From Octopus sinensis (lineage: Eukaryota), in the NCBI RefSeq assembly GCF_006345805.1, contig NW_021832106.1:1-58146 (forward strand): 58,146 bases of DNA, in the 5' to 3' direction. The notes under the pieces were generated by a model. It saw only the letters and a program-made list of their open reading frames with translations, ran no database searches and was not told the origin of the DNA. A program made the translations under genes and the position numbers. Shown here one piece after another: positions 35,430 through 52,874 of the stretch (the stretch's first letter is position 1; each line of letters begins with the position of its first letter).

Positions 35430-35676
35430 TCATTTGATAGAATTAACTAATGATTGAAGAATTAATTAAAATATTGTAGCAGACTATAACTGTCATTGAT
35501 TAGCTTTTTATTTGTAATTTAATAGTAAATAGTAAATGGCCGCATGGCCATATGGGTAGTAATCCATAAACTCAGAATTCAAATCACAGGAACAGGAAAT
35601 GAAAATGCTACCCTCGGTGGTTGCGAGGCATAAAAAGGAAAAGCCTCATTTTCGACACCAAAAAATTAAATTGGAA
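35430..35676 (+). repeat. Family M core copy
   Basis: Same core motifs as the other copies (gcagactataac, ggccgcatggccatatgg, ggtggttgcgaggcataaaaagg). Confidence 0.7.
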
Positions 35677-36080
35677 TTATTATTATTTTAACCCAAGAAT
35701 CACCAACAGTTAATTAGGGTAATTAATTAGGTGATTCCAACATCCTCAAAATCTTTTTCAGCTTTTCCCGATGTTGGACTCGGGACCCAACGCAAGTGCG
35801 GGACGGGCGGGGAGCAGTTTTTTTGAGGAATTGTATTGGGGTGATGTGCTTCTGATTGTTGTAGTCTTTTGGCAGGTGGTCTTGTTGGAGGGCTAAGAAA
35901 CCCTTTCCATCTTTCTTAATAAGTTGGTCAAGCGGAGTTGGGGTAATGTTGTTCAGTTTGGAAATTTTCGTTATGCTAGCCGCGGCTCGGCATAGTGTAG
36001 TCTCAATTTTAAGGCGGTTAGACCAAATTGGAATGGAAAGTGTGCTAAAACAATTAAGCATCAATTTATTTTTCAAACTT
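35677..36080 (-). mobile_element. LINE 3' end, distantly related to the 11790-12550 family
   Basis: C-terminus ITPIQFLKKTAPRPSRTCVGSRVQH resembles CTPIEFLCRRKRRRFRVTVGSSEDH; (taa)n tail. Confidence 0.6.
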
Positions 36081-36649
36081 CAAATTAATAATATTTAGTT
36101 TTTAAAATTGTTGACCGTTTGAAATTTTGAATGTCAGGTAAATGAGAACGTAAACAATCTAACTAATCTCTCATCTTTCGTTTAAAAAAAAAGAAGGCTT
36201 AGGAACCAGTATTTTTCTGACAAAAACAGGACTGTCACTGTCACTGTAAACAAAGCAATGGTTCTTACAAAAAATCGAGTACGAGGTCTTTGAATGACTT
36301 AGTTGTAGAAGAATGCTATACAAGCTGATGCACGTGAGGATTTCTTCTCTGGTGATTAAGGATGCCTGAGATTCCTAGTTTAGGAATTTTCGGAGAAAGT
36401 GCGTCTTTTTAAGGCTTCTAACGATTCAGAAGATACACCGAAGACTGGTTGGCATGCCACAGTCAATGTTCTACAAATATGATAGCATAGTTGTCATGTA
36501 AAAGGGTATCGAAACTTTTTTTTTAATAACGCAATGAGCTTGTATTTCTGTAAGAATCAAAATTTTCCAATTTACACAAATTCGGAAAACAAGATTTGGA
36601 TACAGAAAATTGCATATTTGGTTTCTATGTACGCGAAACTTAATAGATT

Positions 36650-37140
36650 TTCATAATTTTTCAGGGAAAATATTAAACTGTATTTATTTTAAATGAAAAA
36701 CTAATGACATTAAAACGAAAAATCGAATTTTGGAATGCTTCCGTTGATAAAAATAATAATTTATGCTTTGCCCATTTGCAACAATATCTGGATGAATCAA
36801 AATGTGCATTGAATGCTACAGTTCTCCGAAAAATTGAAGATCATTTGGATATTTTGAATGATAACATTTGGAAATATTTTTCGGATATATTTGAGGACAG
36901 TTGGGTTTAAAATACATTCAATATTGAAGTAATATTAGCAAATTTAATAATATAAAAATCTTATTCAATATAAAATTCTTATTGGTTTGACATCAGAATA
37001 TAATTCAAAGATATCCCTTTTTAATTTTTGGAGAGCATTCATCTCAAAATATCTAGCTGATTTGAGGATACAGTTATTATTATTATTTAAGCCAAACAAC
37101 ATTAACTCCTAGCATTATACAACTATGCTATTAATTAAAA
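36650..37140 (+). pseudogene. hAT (Buster/ZBED5-like) transposase fragment
   Basis: KIEFWNASV..NLCFAHL...IEDHLDIL...KYFS...SWV, typical of the Buster C-terminal half. Confidence 0.55.
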
Positions 37141-37224
37141 ATTCCGCAAAAACTAATCATAAAAGGGTTCCACAAACACCTCAAAGTTTAAAACCATTTG
37201 TATAATAGATGGAAAGAAATTGAC

Positions 37225-37320
37225 TCCTCTGGAAATAGACTGGCTATTGCAACGGTTCTCGATCGCCGTTATCCGGGGGAACAGTTTGGCGATCCGCCAG
37301 GCTGCTGGCCTTCCCTTCGA
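37225..37320 (+). mobile_element. CRE-like RLE stub (same family as the stubs at 1490-1595 and 3043-3150)
   Basis: EIDWLLQRFSIAVIRGNSLAIRQAAGLPFD*; nearly identical DNA to 1511-1580. Confidence 0.8.
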
Positions 37321-37496
37321 TTAATCGATATTAATTGATAGCGAATATTTAAATTCTGAATTTATTATAAATTATTGTATAATAAACATTATTGACCGCA
37401 GCTACAAATTTACTAGCCAAAAAAATGTCATAAAATAATTAATTAATAAAACCGAGTATATTAATAGTCAATAGTTTACTTATTACAATGTCTTTT

Positions 37497-38028
37497 TAAA
37501 AAGGAAATAACCTTAATCGAGGTGGGCATAACATCTCAGGACCGCTTAAAACAAGTAGAAGTTGAGAAACTTCACAAATATGATTTCCTTGCAAATGAAT
37601 TATCACTACTCTACGAATGCCAAGTTAAAATTATTCCCGTGGTTCTGACCTGGGATGGTGTTGTCACAAGATGCTTCAAAAATTATATGGATAAACTATA
37701 TATTGAAAAATCTACAATGACATACATCCAATCGGTTGTGCTCAAAAGGACGCTAGAGAGCATGATAATTGAACACAAGCATGGAATGAAGATAACTGGC
37801 GAGGAATATGCCTCTGCGACCGATCAACTAGTAGAAATGGCATGCCACCAAGACACTCCATTCAAAGATAAAAGACGCACAACAACTGACGCAGAGATAG
37901 AGAATGAAGAGGAACAAGCAGCAGACTCTTCTCCTAAAAGGAGAAGAGAGACTACCAATCATGATTGAAAGTCCTAATTAAATATTTTAACCTTAATTAC
38001 ATTTTGGTTTGGTAAATAAACGTTCTAG
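37497..38028 (+). mobile_element. 5'-truncated R4/NeSL-like RLE retroelement
   Basis: IEVGITSQDRLKQVEVEK..KYD.LANEL..IIPVVLTWDG; 14-bp TSD TTACAATGTCTTTT at 37483-37496 and 38029-38042. Confidence 0.9.
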
Positions 38029-38033
38029 TTACA

Positions 38034-40155
38034 ATGTCTTTTACCTATGCAATGCTCGGTTTTAATTTTGTTTAATTTATAGGCATACTTTTCTGCGGGT
38101 CCATATGCGGTACAATAAAAGGAGTTTATGTTAAAGATTTACGTGTGAATATCTATAATTATGACGACCATTCATACTAGTTTGTAAAAATACAAACTTC
38201 TTAGAAGTCGTGAGTTTCGAAGGAGGCGATGTTGTCGTAATTAAACACATAAACAAAAAATGGACTTTCTTAGACGATTTTTTAGATAACTATTATATTT
38301 GCAAAAAAGTATCATAGTCCATGTAATTAAAAGCTGAAATATCATCGTTGGGTGTTAGCATATCTTCAAATAAACTTCTAAATAGTAATGCGGCTTTAAA
38401 TACTAAAATAGTTGATTACGAAAATTTGTTTTCATTCGGGGGACACTCGTATTATATTTATTCTGTATACCGAAACCACAATACTTCTATGAAAATCTTC
38501 AAAAATGACCATGACGGATATTTATTTATTCCAAACTATGCATTGGAAAATTTTGATATACAAAGTAAAATAATTATTTTATATCGAAAGGTGATAAACT
38601 CGAATGGGTTTAAGTTGGGATCACCCAAGAGCAGAACAATCAAAGGAGATTTAGCGCTATTTGATCAGTAAATTTGATTAGACGTACCTTTCTTGGGGTT
38701 CTGGTTATACTAAAAGTGAAATTTGCGTAATAAGAGGTGATACCGACGGTGAGTTCCAAACAAGAGATTGCAATACTGAAAAACACATCATTTGTGAAAC
38801 AGGTAAGTTTTATTTGTACCAATCTTCAAGACAAAGTTGTTCCGAAAGCAACTTCGACAGCATTTGATAAAATACTGGAATATGACGGATGGAAATTTAG
38901 TCTATTTAACATTGATACGACGCTGTCTGTTGCCAAAACAATTTGTAGTACACTGGGAGACGACCTCTTAGTTCCTCGCAATGAAAAGGAAAATTACGTT
39001 GTTTCTGGTTAATCGTCATTTTGTCATGTAAAAGATAATATGAAATTAACTATTGGATTAAACCAGCGGTTCTCAAATGCGGCCCCCGGGGCCGCATGTG
39101 GCCCCCAGGATTTTTTTTGCGGCCCCTCTAGAGTAACTAACTTTTTTAATTTTTAAATAATGTTTATTCTTAAGGTTAAACATATCTATAATTGGTGATT
39201 TAATTAATCAATTTGAAGCACGTTTTGGGGTACATTTATATAAATTTAATTTTTAGAATTTTAAAGAATTCCTTCCTTTAATGAAAATATTCGCAACTCT
39301 ATTCAGCGTGGAAATTAAGGATGCGCCTGCAAAGTTTCAACTAGAACTCATTAATTTACAACATGATATAGAACTGGCGGCATTGTTCAAAAATGCGTCC
39401 ATTATTAATTTTTACGAATTAATTCCTCAAGACAAATTCAAAAATATAACACACAATGCATATATTACATCAATGTTTGGATCTACATATTTATGCGAAT
39501 CAATATTTAGTAAAATGATTCGAATAAAAAATAAATATCGTAACAAACTCACGGATAATCACTCGAGTCAGCTTTTACGAACTTCTTCGACTTTACTTAT
39601 TCCGGATTTCAAAAACTTAATAAACAAATAATACTCTTTTTAGTTACAACGCCTTTTGTAGATTTTTTAACTTTTATTTCTTTATAAAGGAAATGGAAAT
39701 TAAAAAAAGGAAAAAAGAGTCCAAAAAACTCATTACGCATCAGCAGTGGCTGCACTTCGGATTGCAAGCGAGTTACCGGCTTGGAAAATATAAAAATATA
39801 TAAAATATTTTTTTGTGCGGCCCGCGAAGCTAATCTTAATTATCGATTTGGCCCTTGAGCTAAAAAGGTTGAGAACCCCTGGATTAAACTATAAACAAAA
39901 GAACGTCAAAAATGCGTTTCTTCCAGGAGACGATATAAAGAATGTAATTTCTTGAATGAATTTTTGTAGAATTATAACAATTGGAAAATATGATATTTTA
40001 ATTTGGATACTAATCGAAGTTGTGTGTATATGAATATCGCAACTGGAATGTGGGAAAACGATGTTTGTAGGAATGCTTCATTTGTATGTCGGGGACAAAG
40101 TAGTATACAATCTATGATAGATTGCTCAAACAATTTTTTGAATCTCATTATGTGA
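38034..40155 (+). pseudogene. Secreted C-type-lectin-domain gene, pseudogenized
   Basis: Signal peptide MSFTYAMLGILFCGSICG (24-nt intron). CTLD pieces AKTICSTLG..LLVPRNEKEN..TIGLN..NYNNW..SCVYMNIATGMWENDVC..FVC. In-frame stops, frameshifts and a hAT insertion in the CTLD exon. Confidence 0.6.
39064..39881 (+). mobile_element. Internally deleted hAT (GTF2IRD2-like), 818 bp
   Basis: TIR CAGCGGTTCTCAA / TTGAGAACCCCTG, perfect TSD GATTAAAC, and FQLELINLQ..SMFGSTYLCESIFS. Confidence 0.95.
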
Positions 40156-40269
40156 AACAGTTTCTAGAGCCACAAACTAGAGCTTACTCATTTATATTTG
40201 GCTCTAAAAAATATTTAATGTTTGGTTATCGCGAGATTTTCTACGAAGCAGTACGACTGTGTTCATATT

Positions 40270-41500
40270 ATGGCCTAAACCTTGTTCAAACTATTCTATT
40301 TTAAATTATCTAATTAAAAATCCAGATCTTCAGGGATTTCTCTTCTTCGCTTGGAAGAAGAGTTTTCCATAAACTTCCTTTCATTTTCTATTTCTGCGTC
40401 AATGATTTTATTTAACTGAGTGTCCTCACGACATGCCAGCTCCGCAAGTTGATTGGCGGCAGAGGCATACTCCTCGTTGTCTACTTTCATCCCATGTCTG
40501 TGCTCGATAAGCATACTCTCTAGCGTCCTCTTCAGCACAACCGACTGGATGTATGTCCTCGTTCCTTCTTCAATGGATAGCTGGTCCATATGATTTTTAA
40601 AAAACTTTGAGACAACTCCATCCCATATCAAGACAATTGGAATAATCTTCACTTTTGCTTCATAGAAAACCGACAGTTCGTTTGCAAGCAGGTCGTATTT
40701 GTGAAATTTTTCCACTTCAACTTGCTTTAAACGGTCTTGCGAGGTAATTCCCATTTCGATTAAACGAATTTCTCCTTTCCTCTTGTTAGTTTTATACGGG
40801 AATAACTTATCGTATTCCGAAAAAGGATAATTCCATTGAAGCCAGTGATTTTAGACCAATTACCTGTATGCCGTGACTTTATAAACTCGACACAAAGTGT
40901 GTAAATGAGAAAATTGCTGAGTATGTGGAAATATACAGTCTAATCTTTGAGTGTCAACTTGGCACTAAGAGGCATTGTCAAGGTGCAAAGGAGCAAGCAC
41001 TTATTAACTGTTGTGTGAACAGGTCACATGAGTACAAATTATTTTCTTCATGGGTAGACGTAAAAAAAGCCTTTAACTCAATCAATCACGAATTCCTTGC
41101 AGTGATTCTGAAAAACTCCGGGCTTCCTGAATGGATAACAAAGTTTGTAATGTCAATAATTCCAAATTGGAAGGTCTCCCTCAAATTAGGAAAGCAGCAT
41201 CTGGGAATTGTTAACATAGAACGTGGAATACTCCAAGGAGATTCCCTGTCTCCTCATTTATTTATTTTGACTTTGGATCCGCTGAGCAGATTGTTATCAG
41301 CTAAATACCTAAATTTATCAGTTAGTACCGATCAAGAAAATTCACTCCCAACTGGAACTCTAGAAAACCCAAAAACAGAGACTATCAGATCTCATGCGTT
41401 AGCGTTTCATCTGACAAGACATGGGTGACCAATATGTGCAGTGAAGAACGTTATCCCAGTTTGTGTCTAGAAAAAACATTAAAGCCGTCAAAACCCGTCA
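40270..41500 (-). mobile_element. R4/NeSL-like element: RLE 3' end on - (to about 40790) abutting an RT segment on + (about 40790-41350)
   Basis: GITSQDRLKQVEVEKFHKYDLLANEL on -; FRPITCM, CQGAKEQAL, WVDVKKAFNS and GILQGDSLSP on +. Confidence 0.85.
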
Positions 41501-42399
41501 CCAAAACCTCGATAAAACTTTCAAAAGGTAAAATATTGTGATAATATTTTAGCAACGTTTGATCCGAATATAGCAGCGTGTGATAATAGAATAATTTAAT
41601 GTTGCAGCTCAAGTTATTCATTGGGGACTAGGCGTTTGTGCCTTTTTTGCAGTTTTTGATTCCTAGCCTTCGGATTCGTGGTTATAATTTTACGCAGATA
41701 ATTAATTTTATGATAGATAAGGTGAACACTTCAATTAACAAGTTGTTATCGCTTGAAAGCTTAAAAGTATTCAATCGTTTTTATTTTATGGCGGTTTGAT
41801 GGTTGAATATATAAAGAAAAACATTGAATTTATCGAATTCAAAAAAGATAGCAAAATCAACAATGTAAAAAATAGCACATAATCAGTAATTGAATTACAA
41901 TTTGTTTAGACCAAAAATAAGCTAATCATATTTCTACAACATAAATGATTAGTTCATAAATATATTTTAAAAGAACAGTAGTATTGGTCCATATTCCCTT
42001 TTTAAGAATAAGTAGACTTTTCAAGAATAAATAAAAAAAGTAGACTTTATTAAATAACTGTTAACAAATATATAGCAAATATAGACGAAGAATGCAAATA
42101 ATGATAAAAAATGACACAATCATAAAGAGCACTTCAGGGTAACCCAGAGTGATGAAAGTAGAGTTGTCAGTTTGATTTAAGGGGGTCGCAAAAATAAATT
42201 GAAGGGCCGCATTTGAGAACCACTGTTCTTTGACATCAAACTCGATAGGAGAATTATCTTGAATGACTTTACTACAAGTCGGAGAGTGTTCGCTATTTCA
42301 CTAAATAATAAAACTTAAAAACGATTATAGCACGCTAGCGGAGCTCTGCGTTTCTTGTGGTGTCCACTCCTTACGTAAAACTTAACCAAATATAAGAGC

Positions 42400-44750
42400 T
42401 ATTCATTTGGTCAACCGACAGATCCAAAAGGATCACACCATTTCCAGTTCAAAGCGTCGGAATAAGATTAATATTCTCCAATTGAACATCAACGGAATCC
42501 AAAACAAATTCATGGAGCTCAAACACTTTATTATCTCATACAACATCGATATTGCCTTAATACAAGGAAGCAAATTAAATGAAAAACACAAAACGTCAAA
42601 AACTCCAGATTATTTTATTATACGACTTGACAGACCCTCCTCCGGTGTGGGCCTAATTACGTTCATCAGTAAAAATACCTCATATATCAAAACATCAAAC
42701 GATTTCAAACATAAAGTCGATGACAAAAACCGAGCTAAAATCTCTAAAAATAAAAAATAACATGAAATCCGATTTCAATATAATCAATATCTACATCCCT
42801 CCAACTTCAACTACCATTCCATGCTCATCTCGAAACAATCACATCTGAAAACCTTCAACGACATGAATAAACTCCTTCTCCTAGGTACTTCAATGCACAC
42901 GGCACATCATTGTACAAATCGAATCCAAAAAACCCCCACGGCAACCAAATATGTTACTAATGGCCAAGTATAATCCTATGTATATATCCTCAACAACCCC
43001 AAAAAATACACCCACCAACCATACCAATAAAACCACAATACCACCTTCCAAGATATCTCCTTCTGCTCTCTAAACCTAACATCAAATATTACATAAAATA
43101 CAATCAAATCATACACCAATCCTAATACAAACTCATGCTGTAATCAACATTCCGAACAATAACACGTTTATCAACTACAAAAGAGTCAAATGGAGCCTCT
43201 ATAAAAACGAAACAGAAAAACTTTTCTCGGAAATTACGGGAAAAAAACGCCCGTCAAATAACCCAACAAGCTTTTTATTGATAGTATCTCGAAAGCAGCT
43301 AAAAAACACATCCCAGTGGGGAACATAAGAAAATACAACCCGAACTACACCAAGGAAATAGCAGATTTAATGAAAACTCGCGACAACCTCAAACACAATA
43401 CGTCTCGGTCAGGAATTACGGATATTGCCACCCGACTAAGGGGATTAAACAAAAACATATTTAACAAACTCGAGGAAAGGAAAAAAGAAAACTGGCGTCA
43501 GTTCGCCAATACCCTTGACTACAAAACAAAAACACTCTTCAAAACATTCCACGGATATGAAAAATTGGAAAAATTATCACGAAATTAAAACCGCATAGAC
43601 CAGCTGCCAACTCATCATCACACAGACCAATCACACTTTTGTGCACCACATCAAAAAAATAAAACGTCTAAACAAAATATCTCATAAATTTCCAATTAGC
43701 AAAATCTAACATGGCTTTGGACAATATCATTCAACGAAAACTCTACTCACAAATATGACGCAAACAATATCAAACGGATTTAACAAAAAAATTCTTTGCT
43801 CCGGGCAATATTAATCACCCTAGATCTAAAAAAAGCTTTTGACTTCATTCCGCGACTCCCACTAATAAAAAAATCATCCATAAAAATATCGATAACAACT
43901 CAAAACGATGGTTATTCAACTACATCAGTGGGAAAAAAGTTTATGTACAATTCAGCAAAAAACGCTCAAATACACGCATCCTCCCCAATAAAGTACCTCA
44001 GGGCTCTGTCCTATTCCCTACACTTTTCAACGCTTACTTAAGTGACATTTCTACACCACCCGAAAATGTATTTCTGTTCCTATACGCAGATGATACTACG
44101 GTCACATCATCAAACACAAATCCAATTGCAGCATGTCGCCAAGTTCAACCATTCATTAATATTCTGTATAACTGGATTACTCTAAACGGGCGATTTCTAT
44201 CACCAACTAAATCATCAACCACTCTTCTAACAGTACAAGAAAACAAAATTTCACTCCGACAATCAAAATCAACAATATTTAAATTCCCCACACTAAAACA
44301 GTCAAAATACTCTGGATAACGTACGATATCTCCTTATCATTTCCCCAACACACAAATTCAAATGCAAAATGAATGCTTTCCGCTCACTCTTCAGAACAGA
44401 TTTTGGACAAAACAACGAATGCCTAATACTCCTATACAAACAGTACATTCTTCCAATATTGGACCATGAAGTCCATAATGGGCGCCTCTGTTGTCACAAA
44501 CTCTTCTTCAGAAACTAAAATCAATCCAAAACCAAGCACTCAAAATCATTAAGAGCTATATGAAGTCTACTCCGACCTACCATATGCATCAGGAAACCAA
44601 CATGATCAAACTTGCAGACCATTTCGACATCTGTGGAACATAATTCTTTGCCTCAGCAAATATGATCAAAAACCACCAAAGTCACAATCTTACAACACCA
44701 ACCCCTGACAGAAACATCAAAAACACACCAGCACTCCACTACTGCCGTAT
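42400..44750 (+). pseudogene. Heavily degraded full-ORF2 LINE (APE + RT, Jockey/I-like)
   Basis: ILQLNINGI..IALIQ; LITLDLKKAFD; PQGSVL; LYADD; many frameshifts. Confidence 0.85.
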
Positions 44751-44830
44751 AGTGGTTGCAGGGCATAAAAAGGAAAAGCCCTATTTTTCACACCAAAAAA
44801 TTAAAATAGCATGAAAAGTTTTAAAAATTT
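44751..44830 (+). repeat. Family M fragment
   Basis: agtggttgcagggcataaaaaggaaaagcc..caccaaaaaattaaa. Confidence 0.6.
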
Positions 44831-45129
44831 TTGACCGTTAAAGATTTTAAATGCAATTTTGATTTTTGTTTCAACAATTCTGATTTTGATTGCAACAAAT
44901 CTGACTCTCGTTGCGACAAATTCGAAATAGATCGAGAAACCCTGTGATAAAACAAACTAAAATTTAATAAGCTGATAGTAAACAAATTAAGAGACATTCC
45001 TGACGGTAACACTCGTCAAGCCCGTACGGAGTTTCCAAGACAGACAGCCGCCTTTATATTTCAAAATGCTAAATTAAGAACAATATCTCATAAGTAATTA
45101 CGAATTTCACGATAGTCAAAGTCATTTAC

Positions 45130-45860
45130 AATACATTGAATTCTTAATGCATTATCTCTGTATCTTTTCTTTTGGGTAGTTTCTTTGCACCAGAAGCATA
45201 CTGTTCAATTTTAGCTTTGTTCCTTGCTTATTCCTTCTTCAAAAAGTCGACGAATTTTCAAATAGTAGGATGGCACGCTTCAATTAAAGAATTAAAAGAA
45301 TGATGCCATACTTCACGAGAGTTTTTTTAGGACCAGCAATTTTTGATTCCTCAAAACAATTCCATAATTAATAAAAAACGCAAGCAACGACGCATGGCAG
45401 TCGAGAAGCCCTATTCAATTATTTTCTACATAGTCTAATACGGGTTGAACCTTTTCTGGAAAATCACTGTAATCACACGAATACTTAAAATAATGAGCAA
45501 CATTTAATGTAACAAAATCAAGAGCACCATCATGCGCATTTTTCACGCAAATTCACAATTTCTTTGACATAATTGTTGTAGACTATTTGATTGAATAGAT
45601 CGGAAAATGTATTGAGTAAAATGGAAATTTAACCCGATGAATTCACCTAGAACAAATAAAAAATAAAACATCATCGCGATCTAGATTATCCTAACATGTA
45701 TCAAACTCTATTTCTCGACTCCTCAAGAATAAATGAGAACAAAAAAATAAAACTTGGAAGATTTCTTCCTCAATAAAGGAAGATTCTTTTTTTGTTAAAA
45801 ATAAACTTCCTGAAATCTTCCTTACAAATAATATCACACCTTTCCATTTTGCCTTAAAGA
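45130..45860 (-). pseudogene. MULE/Mutator transposase C-terminal fragment
   Basis: NSREVWHHSFNSLIEACHPTIWKFVDFLKKE resembles the MULE motif TNN..E.WH...N......HP.IW.F...L. Confidence 0.65.
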
Positions 45861-46051
45861 ATTATACAATTAAATTAAATAAATGGACGGTAAGAATTAG
45901 TATGCGCTGAGTGCTTATATAGTAGTTCCCGAAAAAGTATTAAAACTAATTTCATTTTAAAAAAGATTTATGTAAAATATTTGTTAAAATAATTTTATTA
46001 TTAATTAAATTTATAAAAACAATAAATTAATTAAACAATTGAGTTCTTGTG

Positions 46052-47306
46052 ATGACAGTTTTCAATTCTTCAACCAACAAAAATTCAGTCACTGCACCTA
46101 ACCCTCCAAACGACACAGTATCTCATATGTCGTTTGGTCCAAACATGGCGACCTCTGTACTCTTGGCAGCCTCTTCATGGGAAGCATCAGTATATTCCTG
46201 AATAATTTCTAAATTTGTAGATTTCATGCTATGAAGTGACTTCTGACAGGAATGTAATTTACAAAGCAAAGAAAACAGACACTCAGCCAATCTTCCACAC
46301 ATGTTGGAGTCTCGTATTTCTTATATTAAAATATTTACTTTCCAGGACGGTAAACAAATATATTCAGCCTGTGGAGACAATTTTGCAAAGTTGTGGGACT
46401 TGCAGAGTGACCAGTACGTCAATGTAGCCAAGGTACTCATAATTTGTATATTTCTAGCACGATAAACCAGTTAGAAGCGTCCATTTCATAGACTCCCCAA
46501 ATTATAAATGTCTAATGACTGTGAGCTGGGACTGCTCCGTTAAGGTATTTAAAGTAATCATTTATTTCTAGTTTTGGGACTCACGTTCACAGACTCCAAT
46601 GAAGGTCCTCACATCGGAAGTGAAATACATAGCATCTGACGTTGTAAGTAATTGATAGGTTTTAAATTTGTTAATAGGTCTACCCGATGGCGTTGTTATT
46701 GAGAGCAGACAACAAAGTACAGTTGTGTGCACTGGACAACGAGCCCCGATTTCATAGACTGGACACGATAAATGACGTCAAATATACCTGTAGGACTGTG
46801 GCAGGCTATTTGAACGCCAATAAACTGCCTGATGGGTACGCAGTTGGGGGGTGTGATGGCCGAGTCCACGTCGTATATATCAATAATAGTGCCGATAATT
46901 ACATTTTTAAATGTCACCGACAAAATGCCCCTCAAACCAGGAATATTCCTCGCCAGAACGTTCACATGGTGCTTTGTGGGTGGATATATGGTAGATAAAC
47001 TCAATGGCCTTTCATCCGGTTCAAAAAACACTGCTTACGGCTGGAGGGGACGGATTTTACTATGGCTGGAACATTCGTAGTAAAGCAAAGATTTGTACTT
47101 CACGTGATTATTCTAATCCATTGACGGCTTGTTGCTTTAGTGGGGACGGAAATGTAATGGCAGTGGCCGTGGGGTATGACTGGTCAAAGGTGGTCATATT
47201 TACTTTATTTGATTAGGGATATAAGAATAATCTGTCTTCTATCAAACAGGAAATACACGTTAAGGCTACTGGCAATGACATGACCGGGTCGTCTAGGTTC
47301 GGTTGA
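46052..47306 (+). CDS. RAE1: mRNA export factor Rae1 (WD40); 8 exons, introns about 25-34 nt
   Basis: PPNDTVSHMSF, AASSW, LWDL, HDKPV..SPNYKCLMTVSWDCSVKFWDSR, DGRV, FKCHR, INSMAFHP..TAGGDG and GYDWSKG. The last two motifs distinguish Rae1 from Bub3. Confidence 0.9.
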
Positions 47307-47560
47307 TGACTGTAATTTTAGTTATTCGTGGAGATAAATTAATTTGTTTAATTTTTATTAGTTAAATTTTCTTTTTTAATATTTGTTTAAATTTAAAATA
47401 GATCTGATTCAGGTCATTATTGTTGAGTTGTATTTTTAATTGGTAAACGTTGGTTCTTATCACTAATATTCCTTGCCGACCCACTATTTATTTTAATAAT
47501 ATTTTTACCATGAATATTTATCAAATTAAAGCAACAATAATATTTAAATTACTTTAGAAA

Positions 47561-52026
<4,466 letters not shown>

Positions 52027-52874
52027 CGTTAATGGTAAATTGATAAATAGGAATATATTTTTGCTGATTTTTGTCTTTTACTATATACAATAATATTCTC
52101 TTTTATTTACATCTAAAATTGATTTAGATAATCTAGTATAAATTGTTGCTTCATTTATTGGTCCCTCCTATTTTGGAACGTGCATCGGCCAATATTTTCT
52201 TGAAATTCATCTTTATTTTAACCATATATTTAAATATAGTCTTTAGTGACAGATTTTTAATTTACAGTTAAAAACGGTTCGATTTAATAAAATGATTTTT
52301 ACAAGGATACTTGGTTTATTAGGAAAGAATACCTTTTATTACTGTAGTTTAAACTAATCTGATTTGTTTCAAATAAAAATGCAGAACGGAGATTTTTTTC
52401 CTCGTTCTCAACAAAAACCGCGTTTTAATAATTTTAGAATAGAATAATATGGTGAAGGAAATTTAGTTAAGAACATATTTATTTTGTCTTTAAAATGTTG
52501 TTTTTGCTTTGCGCTTTTTTATATTATAATATACAGATTATATATTTTAAACCGCGTAATTTACAGTATGGTCCAAAAATATTACACCCCCTTGTTTTTT
52601 TGTTGAAAAAATCTTATATCTGTTAGAATAATACATCTATTTAATTATTTTTTTGTGAATTATATCTATTTTAGAGTTTAATGAATTTTTCATTTTGTAG
52701 AAAATCAAAATGAATTTAATTGTACATATATTTAAAAAAAATTAATGAATTTCAAATGGTCCATAAATAGTACACTCTTAACAAATTCAACATCTGTTGT
52801 GCTTTATAATTACCCAATAAAGTTTTATTTAATATACAAAAATATTTTTATTATTAGTTTATGTTTTTTTATTA

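Noticed and set aside
36290-36480. GC-richer patch, possible exon
   Set aside because: All frames are interrupted; a weak resemblance to a LINE pre-RT region (ITREEI) makes TE debris more likely.
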